Assembly (NCBI GenBank): GCA_040954595.2 | Contig: CM082589.2 | Location: 4,292,213-4,356,212, forward strand | Reading direction: 5' to 3' | From: Balanoglossus misakiensis | Lineage: Eukaryota > Animalia > Hemichordata | Length of the DNA stretch: 64,000 nucleotides | Part shown: in pieces, positions 1-13,800 of the stretch | How positions within the stretch are numbered: the first letter of the stretch is position 1 | Layout of the letters: every line of letters starts with the position of its first letter | Made by a program: the position numbers and the translations under genes | Notes under the pieces: model-generated | Told to the model about the DNA's origin: nothing | Seen by the model: the letters and a program-made list of their open reading frames with translations, nothing else | Databases searched by the model: none

Positions 1-3000
1 AGTGCAAAATATTGTTAACATGGAGAAAACCACGAGCATCGTCACATATGGTTGCGAATCAATAAAATGTTTAGTGTAAACTTGAGTTAACCCGGAAACT
101 CGGCGAGATGTTTATTTGATGGTTTAGAAGTAATACCAATCTGTTACACAGTTCGCGTTTTATGTGGGACACTCCCTAACTAACCACACACACCGAGTGC
201 AACATTTCAATGTATAAAGGGTTTATTACTTCAAATCATTTTACGACATTTGGCTTATTTGCCATACATACACTCACACGTGCTATATAGGGTGATTGAT
301 TTGCTCGTCAAATGAAAACAATTTGTAATTTTTGCGGGTGGTCATTTGTGATATAGCGCGCCTGTGTTAGTCTTTAGGCACGCTCACTCGTTTGCTTAAA
401 AAATCAATTGACCCAATTATAATGCGATTTGAAATTCATAATGTCAACTTATTGAGTTCTATTGTGTCGAGTCGAGCAGCGGTGGCTGCGGCAGGGCGCG
501 TAGTATACGCGGAATGAATATTATATTCAAATTAAGTCGTTTCCGTTCTGCAAATACACAATATAATGGATTTCTAGCGCCTTGGTTACAGAAGCGCGGT
601 TCGATAAATGCAGTGTGGCTATGTCGAGTAAAAATGAACATCGGTTGGAATGAATTGAAAAGAGGGCGTGTTTTCCCGGTTTTACTTTAGTAGAACTGTT
701 TTGGCAAAGCGTTAATACAGTGTAGAACTTAAACACCAGTGTTGCCATGGTGATAGACGTGTATAACGGTGTATGTGCAAAGACACTTGAAGCAGATGAC
801 GGGTGCCACTGGAGATTATAGAAATGTGCAGACAGCAAAGATACATGCCTTGAAAAGTGTAGCGTGCTCAGACTTCGGGTTTCTTGTTTATTTTTAGTTC
901 CCCAGAAGTCTCTAACAGGAACTGTTCTACGTGTCTCTTTACGTTCGTGTTGTATACGGCGTGGCCGCGGTTGCTCTTAAAACTTTTTCGCGGACGCTGC
1001 ACTCACCGCAGGTCGATTGCACTTCTCGCCATGATTCTCTCTATTCCGATGAAAGGGGGCGCGAACACGTCATTGGCATTTTGGATTAATTCGCTCAAAA
1101 TGCATGGTTTTGATTTAGAATTGTCCGGAGAAAATGCCATGTACATGTAAGTGTGATGACTGAATATATGTTATTTCTGCATTGTGGGCTATTTTTCACT
1201 GAGAATTCTTGACATCTTGACTTGAAAATGCCTTATGGGAGAGAGACATAGTCGCTCTACAAACAAACTGAAGCGTCACATTTTGCCTCGGTGAATTGGA
1301 AAGGGTCAACTTTTAACGCGACTGTGACGTATTCAACCCGAATTCTTCGGCTCCCAGTAATTACCTAAGGTTCCACAAGGCCCCCGCTGTCTCGGGGTAT
1401 CGTTCTTTCTATCCGCGTCACGTCATACACGACAGTTTCTACTTGGTAAAGAAACGTGTGTACTGACAGCGATAGCTGTAAGGCGGGAAGCCTGAAACGG
1501 AGAGATTGGCCAGGCCAATTTGTGACTTGTTGAACTTCTCTCAGTAGTGCAAGGGAACTTTAGAGCTAGTAACACAAAACATCGCCCGGATTATTTGGAG
1601 TAAGAAACATTCCGAGACGATTCATAAATGGGACCTCGAAGGAAAAATAAACCTTTTCAAGTGCTAGTCCCAGGCGGATCACGGCGTAAAGAGAAATCAT
1701 AATGCTGTTATATACGGCGGGCGCGACGAGTGAGATGGAACATGAAAACCGGAATGTTCCGTGACCGCTGATTACGGGTGAGTTTAGGCCAAGAATTCCC
1801 AGCTGGAGATCCGCGTCTCTCCGCACCTCTGTCAAGACATGCCGCCGGAATTCGGTACAAACAGTGAACACTTCATTACCTCTCTATATAGCCACGCACC
1901 GTGTGCGTTATGATCCACCACGTTGACAGCGCTGTACCATATGTGCATGCATACTCGTGAAATTCAAACATGTACGTCACATCTCGTAATAAATATAGGA
2001 TGCTGTGCCCTGGTGCCTTTTATATCATCACAAACCATACGTACACTCACGGTTTAAATATTGTAGAGGTTTTCTGTATATGTGCTGAACATTGAACGGG
2101 CGCTGGGGAAAGACACATGCACGTCAACTACAAACCGCATATAACGGGGTGATGTAAAGTTATATAACAATCACTTTTATGATGTAAAATAGCCTTATTG
2201 ACCTTTTGCACTTCACTTTTTCCTTGGCAATACGTTGAATGTGAAAGACAGGACGTTTGTTCGACCACCTAAACTTTGTGAGGTAGCCGTGAAAACCACA
2301 CTGTTCGCTCAGTGACAGCGCTATTTTCTGTTCTTTGTTGAAAAAAAATCATACGCAAACCAGACGGAGCTCCCTGTTTTAGCAAGGTGCTGACTGTAAG
2401 CTGTTCGACATTTATCAACGCGAGATTAAAACGGAAACGTGATCCGTACTTACATTCAGTTAAAAGGACAGACCCTCGTTAAGCACTTATCCGACGAACG
2501 TGTATAAAAAAATCTGTCCGCGTATTTTTGTAATGGCTGGACTCACTCACAGCAATAATGTAACAAACGATCATGTTTTCTTTTTCGGCGCTTTTCATCT
2601 GACACCAGATTGGCCGTATTGTGTCGGCGTCGATTGGGCCTTGTCGGGAAGATTTATGACCTTGCCGAGGTGAATGACAACTAAACGGTGCAACGCTGAA
2701 TTAGAATGACTCAGGTGACGTCAACTCTTTTGATGGACAGTTGCCTCGTGAAAAGTTCTTCGTATGATCACGAATCGGGTCCAAGAGTAATTCGACAGCC
2801 AGCTTTTCCCCGAAGGTTTTCATACCCTCGTCCATAAGGTCTCCCCTCCGCAACTATCATCACCACGATGTCTTCACCAAAAAGTAAAACTGATCGCTGT
2901 TTTGCCTGCGATACCATCTTATTAAATCTTATTCACCCTAAAGACCCTGACAACACAAAGATCTTGAATGATCTCTTTATTCGGTTTAGAATCATCCCGC

Positions 3001-4619
3001 ACCTGTTCCCGAGCCCTTTATCGGTCCCAATACACCACTTATGTACAGGACGCCCTCTATGTCGCCTTGAGATTATACTATATGTGGTTAATCTTTATCC
3101 ACAATACTTCAGTGCACACGGTTTTAGATACTTTGCGCCATCTGCTGTGGTTTAATTACATTGTACCCTGATGGAAATCCACCATTGATCATCTTGTCTC
3201 GGATATTTTATTCTGCAGAAGTTTTCAATTATGTGGTTAATTAATGAACATCGAAACTGCAGTGCGAAATGCAGAAAGATGGGGAGCCATTAATATTCAT
3301 AGACTGGGACTGCGTATAAGCTTGAAATAATATCTCCAAGAACTTATTCCCAGATAAAGGCTTTAAAAGAGGCCTTCAAGTTTGCCTTTTTAAGTGAATG
3401 AACTACAATTTATTACTGTTTTATGGGATGGAAGATTCATTGGAAAATAATCACATAAATCATTGAAGATCAGGTCGACAGAGGGGGTACATTGTATGGT
3501 TCACAATAAATCGATAGTCAATCATTCAACTGTCGATGGTTTTGAAGATTTAGTATTACTTTAGTCGTTAAAGGGTTGTGCTTTTGTTTATGACAATTCC
3601 TCTTTCAGGATTAATTCTCTCGATGAGCTGCCTTTTATCGGGCGCCTGGACAACAATACTCGTATCAATGTATCTTCAATTTTTAGACACTTAAGCTAAG
3701 CAATGGACGGAAGTTATAGAAGTAATTGGACGTTTCATTCGTGATGATATCATTACAAATGTACTGTAACACAGAAACATGTCACACAAGCATACATGCA
3801 TTTTGGCTAAACTTTGGGAAATGGGTACGCATGCGCTTTCAGTGCGTGGCTGAGCCTGTGTGCGCCTCTTTGATCTGGGATTGTTATTCGGACAGACGCG
3901 CTATTCACTGAACTTGAAGAACGGTCACCTGTGTTTTATGGATGCGAACTGCTCGTGCGGCAAAGCCCCTTGCAGTGGTAACCCAGGCAGAACGAGTTGA
4001 AAGTCGTGGGAGAGCCTTAATTAAATACAGATATATCGGTGTGGAATTAGCAGACCCCTATACAAGCACGGCTCATCAATGTATGCGGCTCTATAAATAG
4101 ACAACATTTCTATAAAAAAAATGTAAGTTTTTTTGCGAATAACAATCAGACGGTGTAGTGGAACCGACTGACTTCAGTGAGTAGCCTGGACCCTGAGGTA
4201 ACCCTTGTCATTGCAAAAGAAGGTTAAGAATCTAGATAGTCGACCAGGCGATGCCTTTCACCGCCTAGCCGCAGTTACTAGACGGTGGAAAGACCTCGCC
4301 TGAACGCGCGACTGGATTCCAGACTGTTGACTGGGAGGGGATAAAATTTCTTCTGATGGCCGACGAAGTGTGGGACAGATATATCAACTTCGAAACTTTT
4401 CTTTTCCGGAATAAAGAAGTATGCCCCCAGAATATACTTGAATTTTTCACAGGGAAAAAACTATAAATTGTTCTTCTAACAGCAACTCAAGACATCAAAA
4501 CCTCTTCATATTTTTCGTCGCAAAACAGTTAAACATCGCACCACCCAACATATGAACTAAAAGTACATCTTGCAGAGTGGAATAGTTTGGCCGACATCGA
4601 TTTTCTCGAGATTTGGAAT

Positions 4620-4775
4620 CATTTCTCCCTCTCTCTCTGTCTCTTTCTTTATCTGTCTCTGTCTCTCTTTCTCTCTGTCTCAATCTCTCTTTTTTCTCTG
4701 TCGCTGTCGCTGTTTCTTTAACTGTCTCCATCTCTCTCTTTTTCTCTGTCTCTCTGTCTCACTCTCTCTCTTTCT
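4620..4775. repeat. Degenerate (CT)n/(CTGT)n microsatellite
   Basis: Directly visible pyrimidine-rich run. Confidence 0.85.
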
Positions 4776-6879
4776 GTTTCCAACTTCAGATGATGTCATA
4801 GACATCACATCGTACTATCACATCGTACTATTCAACGAAATTTTCTGTTAAAATACACTCAAAGTACAATGACATCCCGGTTTCATACCTGTAATCAACA
4901 GAAGTCCGTGGAAGGGTTGGTCGACAACATCAGAGTTCGGCGAGATGTGCGACCACGCTTAACATGTCAGGGATTTGTAGTGGATTATGCAAGTGTTTTT
5001 TACAGGTCCGGTGAAGCCATATATACCGTGTAAAACATTTCAGACGGAACTGAATAGGGCGTTCTTCCCTCGGGGAGTATCCACGGTTGAACTTTCACTG
5101 CTATGCTTGTTGTGTCTAGATAATATACCCTGCGTACCCGGGCGGGACTTCTAGTCATCCGCGTCCAAGACAACTGCGTTGTTGGCCGCGGGAGAAGTTA
5201 GCTCACCGCGTCAGCACACGAACGAATAGGTCAATGGGTCGCCCCAGACACAACGCGGATTTCCTTGACTTATAAGTTTTCCGCAAATTCTACCGAGGGC
5301 ACATCTGCAACCAGGAAGGCTGCCTGTTTTACTTATGCGACAGAGGAGAAAGTCTCGAGGGTTTGTGAAGGCGGGTCTCTCTCGAACCGAATGACAAAAT
5401 CAGTCGCGCGCAACAAACTCTTGACGTCACAAGAAGTGAAGCTCAAGAATCGATCAGATGCCAATCCCCAGACGTGCAAGGCCTTGAAATGTTGCCGCAT
5501 CGCGAGAGACATTCAGGTGAACCAGGCGACCCGATAGAAAACATAAGCACTACAGACGATATTTTTCGCATTAAGCTTTTGGTGCATTTTCAAATAAAGC
5601 CTAGAAACACATGCGGCAAGTTGCATTGATTTTTATTCCGGATAACTTCTGTGAAGTCGAAATATGCATTGTCCCATCTTTTCTAATCGTCACGGTGACA
5701 GTTTTAGATAATTCCAAATTATATCTGCAAATCTTTGAAACGACTACTGAGTGACAGTGATGACATGTTTGAAACTTGCGGATTTTTGTCGCCAGTGAAA
5801 TGTATCCAAAAATACTGATCCATATCTGGCCAAGCTTTTCGACGATGATTTTTATCATTGCGAATACATGACCGCAATAAGAAACGTGCATTTTCCAAAA
5901 CCATATTCGGTTCCCGTGATTTACTGCGTAGTTGGTTTAATAAATCTTCGAAGGGTATGACAAATTTGTGGTGAAATGAAGGGTCACCGTAGAAACACCT
6001 GACGCAACGCATGGTGATTCGGATTGATGCGTACCCCCTAAGCCATGTGGTAAGATATGTGAGGTCACCCCCTGAAAGATTCTCACTACTATTTCACTTC
6101 TGCGCTTACTGTTAAACTATAGGCCGTGTAAGAAGCCAGAATTACGAAATGTTTATTTTTCCCGTGCGAAATCCTTTCTGGAAAGACCCCGGTGCAATCT
6201 GGGCTTCCAGAATTACAAAGACTGGAAAGCTGGCTTCCTTCCGGGGATTTAGAAAGCGATGAAAAATGCGCGCCTGGCAAGATTCATTCTTTCCTGACTA
6301 ATCCGGGGCACCTGGAATCATGAAGTGTTTAGAATTCGTATTCTCTGCAGAGCAACTTTTGAAAGCTGAATGTTATACACACGACAGAGAGGGATAAGGG
6401 GGTCGAAAGTGTTCATGTTTTTCTTGCGATGTACCATTATGATCCAAAGAATATTCCCTATAAGATTATATACATATCTGTTTTTTTTATCAAATTTTTA
6501 TATCAAGTATTTGTAAATTCGTGGGTCATCACATTTGCTGATTTGCACGTACGTATAGTCAGCCCCTGACAGAGTATGCACAATCATTGAGATCGCCATA
6601 TCACGTGGGAGTCTTCTCCATTCATAATTTAATGTGATGAGATGGCATCGCAAGAGACGTTTCGTTGATATTCGTCTCAGGTTACATGCGGATACACCTG
6701 TGAAGGGAATGGAGCGAGCGCCATCACGCGTCGAATACTAATATTGCTTTCGTGACGCTTTAGTATTATTGAACTTGAACTGTGATTGTTGAAAAAATGA
6801 CGTAAGCAATGTCGTTCCCAAATACATGTACATAAAATGTGGCCATCGTACGCATGTTAATCCTTAATCAGCATCGGTG

Positions 6880-7310
6880 TCATGGCATTACGTGTGCACC
6901 TGTACCATGTGTACCATAACGCACTGTAACGCAAAATCGCGCGAGACTTCCGCACATCTTACCCATGATGCATTGCCCGTAATGTCGACGACATATTTGA
7001 CTGGTGAACTTGTTTTGGTTTTGCGTGAACATTTTCTGCGGAGATCGCGACCTTCGGAGGATTTTCTCAACTCTTGTGTGCGAAGACGTCATCTAGCGGG
7101 GATCTGGTAGCTACACAAAGGTATTTCGGCGATGATCGTTCGTCAACAGCGACATCAGCAGCATAATTAGGATTTGTGTACATGTTGCTAACTGTCGCTG
7201 AGGTCAAGTGTCAGCTGTTGAAGTGAAGACGCAATCGGACCCTGTTTACATCAGAGGGCTAGTTCGACATCGCGGCGAACATATATGCCGGATCCATCGG
7301 TAAATTAAAT
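6880..7310 (+). promoter_or_regulatory. Probable CSPP1 promoter / non-coding first exon region
   Basis: CpG-rich stretch upstream of the first coding exon; candidate donor AAAG|GTATTT at ~7120 and acceptor CTCATAG at ~7707 ahead of the ATG. Confidence 0.35.
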
Positions 7311-7738
7311 GTTTTCAAGTGTGAAATATTTACAACTTCGTTTGATCTTGTGCCAAGTTTCCATTCTTTCTGTTATCGATCGCACTGTTTTCAAATGGAC
7401 AGGCAGGTCCGAACGTGTTGTCGAAACTTGATGTTGATTTCTTTGAAATCGCACGTGCTAACTGTAAACTAGACACGTTCAAGTTTATCTGTGTGGTATA
7501 ATTCAAACATTTATCTTCGGCAGAAGACGATACTAACCCCGCCGTAACGAAAATGCTGGTAAACGCACCGCTTATCCGCCTCATCACCCCGCACTGACGT
7601 ACTAGACTGAGAAATTCTAAGTGGCACAATAATATATATAATTCATCCAGTCTCGCCTCCTCATCATCACACGAAGATCCTTCTACATTTCATAATCCTA
7701 CTCATAGACTCTGACGTTTCCTGTAAAAATTAGAACTC

Positions 7739-7831
7739 ATGGCGTCATCTGAAGACGTAGAACGCTTTATATCCGAGCAGAAATCTAAACTAGCACGTGA
7801 CAGAGATCAACTGGACAGACTGCCTCCACAG
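7739..7831 (+). CDS. CSPP1: CSPP1 first coding exon
   Basis: ATG at 7739; encodes [31 protein letters not shown]; donor CAG|GTATGG. Confidence 0.9.
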
Positions 7832-10800
7832 GTATGGTATATGTGCATCTCCACGTTTACTGTACTAGTGTAGTACATAGTAAGGTGTGAATGGGAATAA
7901 TGCTCTATCAGTTCACCAGTATTGCACATGTTTTTTTTCTTTTACTTATGGATTGTCATAGCTGTGGTAACGCAGCTGTACCGTTGGGGCGGGGGGTGGG
8001 GGGCTGATTACCAACGATACAGCTGCATTACCACAGCTAGGATTGTCACTGTGTGACACCATGTACATGTAGAGATGTTTACTTACATGTATGAACATTG
8101 TGCATCTTGTGATGAAATCAGTCTGACTTTGGTAAATGATGAGTGATCCACCCATGATTTGTTTGATAAAGCAACCTTTCACATTGCGACATTTGTACCT
8201 GGACCCATTCAACATTAACCTTCCGTCCTTTTACATGTGTACCTAACTAAACCATCATCATACATTGAAATGCATTGCTTCCATGCTAATTCAGCAACAA
8301 ATGTGGTATATCACAGCAAAATCATATCTTATGATTTTACTGTAATATCACAAGGACACATACACAGAATGCATACAGGTAAAATACTTTATATATGCAA
8401 ACAAGTGTACAAATGCATATCGAAATATACAATGAAATATACATTTACATATAGGTATTTAGTATACATGTACAATGAAATGTACCTACATGTATATCAA
8501 GGTATATTTCACTGTACACATATCACATACATTGTAATATTATCAAGTACATAGGGTTTACATGTCAAATTATATACTGGTTTTAACAGTCAACTTAGCT
8601 AAAATGAACTTGAACTACATATATATCTTTGCAAGGTGGTTATTCCTTGGAGTTGAGTTAAACACATTGGGATTACCGGTATTAGGCTTACTGGCATTGA
8701 ATTAATCATCTGTGAGTCAAGTTTATAGGAAAAACAACACTAGTATTGGAACAGGGATATCTGGGAATTCTCCAGGCAATCCTGCGGATTGTGCCCGTGT
8801 TCATGGGAACAAAGATCATCACTAGGGCTCAACAACTGTACACTGTATGCGGAGTCGTTTGGTCTTGTTTGAAAATAACTATAATCCTCGACTTGCTACT
8901 TGACCACATACACCATGCCCAGAAGGGTTGCTAAGTAACTTGCGAGACAGCGAGAAGCAATCTCAACACATTCTTCTGTGTGCAGAGAAATCTGAACGAT
9001 TCTAATCCTTCTGTGATTTGAAATGTGCCGACAGACACATCACAGTATTTTCCATGGCTAGCTTAGTTATATGTAATAAGCTCTTCAGATAGGTTTTGGT
9101 TTGGCAAATACAGGTTCTGTATGGTACATAGTTCACTTGTGTCACATGTAAAGATCTTTTTCTATTGATACACTCCAAGGGTAACCATGCTGGGGAAATA
9201 TATGACCATGGGAGTCTGAGTTTAAGCTTTCAGTCACCCATATTCCATTGTTTACAGCACACTGTAATTTAGCAAACATCTATAAATAAGTATAATGTTG
9301 ATACAACCACTTAAATGACAGCAATGGTGGAAAGTTTGAATATATAGTTTGAAAGTGTTTGGCATAGTAAAATATACATTGAAACTTTTTCATTCTGTCA
9401 AAAAAGATCATCTAATCCAGTCTGTATAGCAAGTGTCACCAAGACTGTTATTTTCTGACCCCTTTCTCAATAATACACTGAAGAAGTCCATGCCGTTATG
9501 ATGATAGAACACCTCTACACACAAGGGGATCCTATCCAGCGCAATTGTCTATTGACTTCTGACAATAGACAAGAACAAAGCCGGTCACGGGGAGCTCTTT
9601 GTGGTCCGATCAATAAACTCACAAAGGAGAATCTCCTACATGGGTATTCCAGTCATTTCGAGTCCAGCCCTGCAGCAAAGTGTAACGATGATTGACGGTA
9701 AATGAAAAAGAATGAATGAGGAATTCTCAAGGGGCGGAGTTGAAAGGTCAGGACGTGTCTGTCATAAATGGTTATGAGTCAGGGGGAGGGAGTGGTTACG
9801 TTGGCGGTCAGGGGTTTTCTGAGGTTGTCGTCAGGACACGGGTGTATCTGACAATAGCGTAAATAGCAACAGGCATGGTTCCTCTATGGTGCCAATATGG
9901 CACACAAGTGAAACTGGGTTAATGCTCTTCATTCATAATCATCCCCACGAAACGGTCTTCTTAAAGTTGAATTTCTACAATTTCTAAATATTGTCCAATT
10001 GTCTTGTTTGATATAGAGCGTATTATTGATACCTCTGTCAGATTTGTAAACAAATAACTAATAATTTTAAAAAAAACTAATAATTTTTGTTTAATTTTTT
10101 TAAATGTTTTTTCATAGTAATGTGTAAGTAGACTTCAACACATAGATGTACATGCCTAATAAATTTGACAAGAATACATTAATTCTTTTGCCATGCTTCA
10201 GCTGTTATTATTGGTTACAAACTCAAAATGCAATGTATCAATATTCTCACATTTATGCTTGCAAGTGGCTGTACTTGTCAATTTATTGAACAGAACCGAC
10301 CAAGCTTTGGTCAAGGTAAAGATGTGCATCGTGATAGTCAGTCACTCTATTAAGTTTTAGACTGGTTACGGTGGTTGCTACTCAACTGCTTTCAGTACAT
10401 AGCTGTTAAGTTAAACACCTTCACTAACTTTTACAAACTCCTTTGTTAGCTTGTGAATCATGTGCTTGTTTATCAGTGATTAGGCATTGATGTTTAGCCT
10501 GTTAGTTGTGGAATTTACTACTTAATAATTCAGATGCTTCTTATTTTCAATATATGATACGGTCTATCTGTTGCATCAATATTTCATTTCTAATTGCATT
10601 ATACATGTAGTTGTTATGAATATGAAAGAATAATAAAGATCTTTTGACTACCCTTGATCCATTGCAGGTTCCAAACCGTTCACAGAATGGTTACCCACCT
10701 CTCTCTAAGGAACCAACTCACACTAGAAAAGGTAGGACTAAATCAAACAGTTTCTTCGGTGTGTGTTCCTTGCATGTTGTATTTGTAGTGTAATTTGAAG

Positions 10801-13800
10801 GCATATGAACACACACACATTTAGCCACAGGTAGCATGGAAAAAAAGAGATCTAGTGATTTACATATTTTCAGTTGTTCAAATACAAATGTACAGGCTAC
10901 CTGACCAAAAAGACTGAATCAGCTTTCAGATACGATAGACGGACATTGGCAGTGAGCTAACTAACACTATATTAACCTACATAGTATTGTTAGGCCAATT
11001 TATCAGAAAAGTGCACTTGTATTTTTGATATGTTCGATGCATGCATGACAAATATTTAACACTGCTTTGCCTCACACTTGCATGCTTGCATGACACCTTA
11101 GACGATCTTGGTCCTGGGAGCAATACAGAAAATATAGAAGGTAAAATGATAGTCGATTATGAAATATTAACTTTCTCCTAGAATTGCAGAACGTCTCGTA
11201 GACCTCCTGCAGAGTAGGAGATTATGAAAATTTAAAACCAATGCGAACATTTGTGGACTTACAAAAAAACACATCCATGAGCGTTCTCCTAGTTAGGATT
11301 ATTCATTATCCCACTCCCAGGAAACCCACCATCACCGAGACCACTACCCAGAGGCAGCTACGAACAAGTGCGACACCGACTGAACGAAGAACGCAAGCAA
11401 GAGTACAACAAAGCTATAGAGGTACAGTGTGTATAGATAGCCGTCTGTGTGACTTAATGTAAGCAAAGTACATATGCAAATGGCAGCTAGAATTGTCTCT
11501 GGCCTCAGGACGCTGTACTGTTCCTATGCATATACTGCTTGTGCATGTCCTTCATTGTAGTTTTGGCACACACAAAAATATGTGAATCCCCCAAGTTTTG
11601 ACAATTTTTTTCAATTTGTAGACTTCGTCTAACTATCATGATGAACGACAGAATTAATTCTGGAGTGGTGTCCGTCTCCTTTTGCTCCAATCATTAGAGC
11701 TTTTTTATCGGTTACCATAGTAATCAGCGTGGCTTTAGTCGACACAGAATTCAACATTTCATATGACCATGTGAAATCAGTGAATTCAGTCAAAAAACTA
11801 TGGAAATTAACCCAGACCCCATGGCGACTTTTGACATCATGCAGAATTTTACCACCAGACAGGATCCAAAGTGTTAGATTTTGAAGGGTTTATTGTTTTT
11901 TTATGTACAGATACAATGTACCTGACCAATCAGTGGAGACAATGTTGAATTCTGTGTGATGTACAGAGAGCTTAGTAGCCGCACATTAATATTATTAATA
12001 AATGTTGCGTTTGGTAGTTAGAGCAGTGGTTTTAAGCAACGTTGTGAACGTTTTTTTCAGCTTAGCACAGTGACTAATATAAAACTATAAGGCAAACTAG
12101 TGCATGAACTTAGCATTTATAATGAGTAGCTATTATTAATTCTCATGTAGTTACAAATGTATGGCAAAATTTTAATTTATTGGGGCTTTTAATTCAATGG
12201 ATCATTCAATCAAAGTGTCATTTTTTTCTAATCACCAGTTTTCATCAATCTCGTCTCAGTAAGATGTCATTGCTGTGATTTGTTAAATAATCATTGTGCA
12301 CATCACTGGTTAATGTATTCTATCATCTATGCTGTGCAATCCCTTCATCCATTCAAACAGACAGGAAAGATACATAGACAGACAGACAGACCGACACCCA
12401 CCCACCCAAGCGGATAGATAGACTGACAAACAGATGGACACTAAACTGCACGTGTCCATTCATTCATATTCTACATGCCTGTCACCTAGCCACCATTTTG
12501 TAACTCGGTCCACCAAATACAGTAAAACAGTCAACCAACCAACATTTCTGTGCAGTTCAGTGCTTTTTAACCATGCAGTCTGAGCATTAACTGATTAAGA
12601 TTAAAGTGCAAGAGTAATTTGTGACATTTGGGCTGTTAATCCAAAATTGCAAATAAAAATAATCATGATAAATGTTAAGATATTAAAAATGACACCATAC
12701 TTCTTGATTCACTGTTTAAAAAAGGCAAAATTTGCACACTTAATTTTTGACATCCGCCTGAGAAGAATTTTCTGTGTACATGCAGTATTAGGAAGTACAC
12801 ACACGGGAACCCTGACTCCTCCATATACCCGGTTCCATTGTCCCCTACTCTCCTACAACCCCTGCATTCCCACTTCAACCTGGAATCCCCACCCCACACT
12901 ACTACCCACCACCCTTACCCCCACCCCCACCCTCCTCGCCCACTGCCACAGCACATCACGAGCACAGTCGGTGTACAGTCATAATTCTTAGTGTCAGTTG
13001 TATAGTACTTTGCTCCGTGAAGTCGCTTACCGTCGATCTCTCGTTGTGTCCTATTTTACGACTGTGGTGTGTTGTGTGTGCATGCCCATCTGCTTCTGTC
13101 AATTTGCCATAGACCAACCACAAGATGGACGTGGAAAAGACCATCAATATCAACCGTTACCATGACGAGGTATTTCCCTGTTTTTCCCTTTCTCATTCCA
13201 TGCATGTGTATATATATTTTTTTCTTTCATTGCATTTTCTTTCCTTTCTATACATGTTATTTGTTTACAGTATACTTTTAGTTTATTAAATATGAAGTAT
13301 ATATCATTATATTACTAAACATGTTACTGTAGTTTGCAATGTTTTTGTTTAGAATGGAACCCAAGTTGCAAGACTACATTTGGTATTAGATGTTAAGCAT
13401 CTTATATATGTATGTACGAAATGTCAGTCACTGGTTCTGACATACATGTATAGAATGACAATACTAGAGTATGTACTATTAAATAGAAAAAATATAAACA
13501 TCCATCAAAAGTTACAGCCATTGCCTATTTAGTATCTTAATAAGCAGTAATAATACAATATTTTATGTACACATTTTTTGTCAATTCATTCCTGACCCAT
13601 TGTAGAAAATTCCATGATTTTTTTTATCTAGCATTATTAAATACATTTAGGTATACCTGAGTATAGTACATCATTGTTCATTCATAATCTCAAATTTGGT
13701 GCAGTAAAAGCCAGTTAGCATATTTATGTACCAATTTTTTTCAGTCTAATGGTAGTAATTATTTAGAAGTTAATTTCCAGTGGTTGTTATTCCCAAATTC

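Noticed and set aside
4495-4851. ERERET- and SLSLS-rich ORFs
   Set aside because: Translation of the CT/GA microsatellite
5130-5260. GC-rich stretch considered as a tRNA or SINE
   Set aside because: No convincing cloverleaf or A/B-box pair could be identified by eye
1-7700. Expected head-to-head COPS5 neighbour, as at the vertebrate CSPP1 locus, or any other coding gene
   Set aside because: No ORF or exon with recognisable MPN/JAMM or other protein motifs found on either strand
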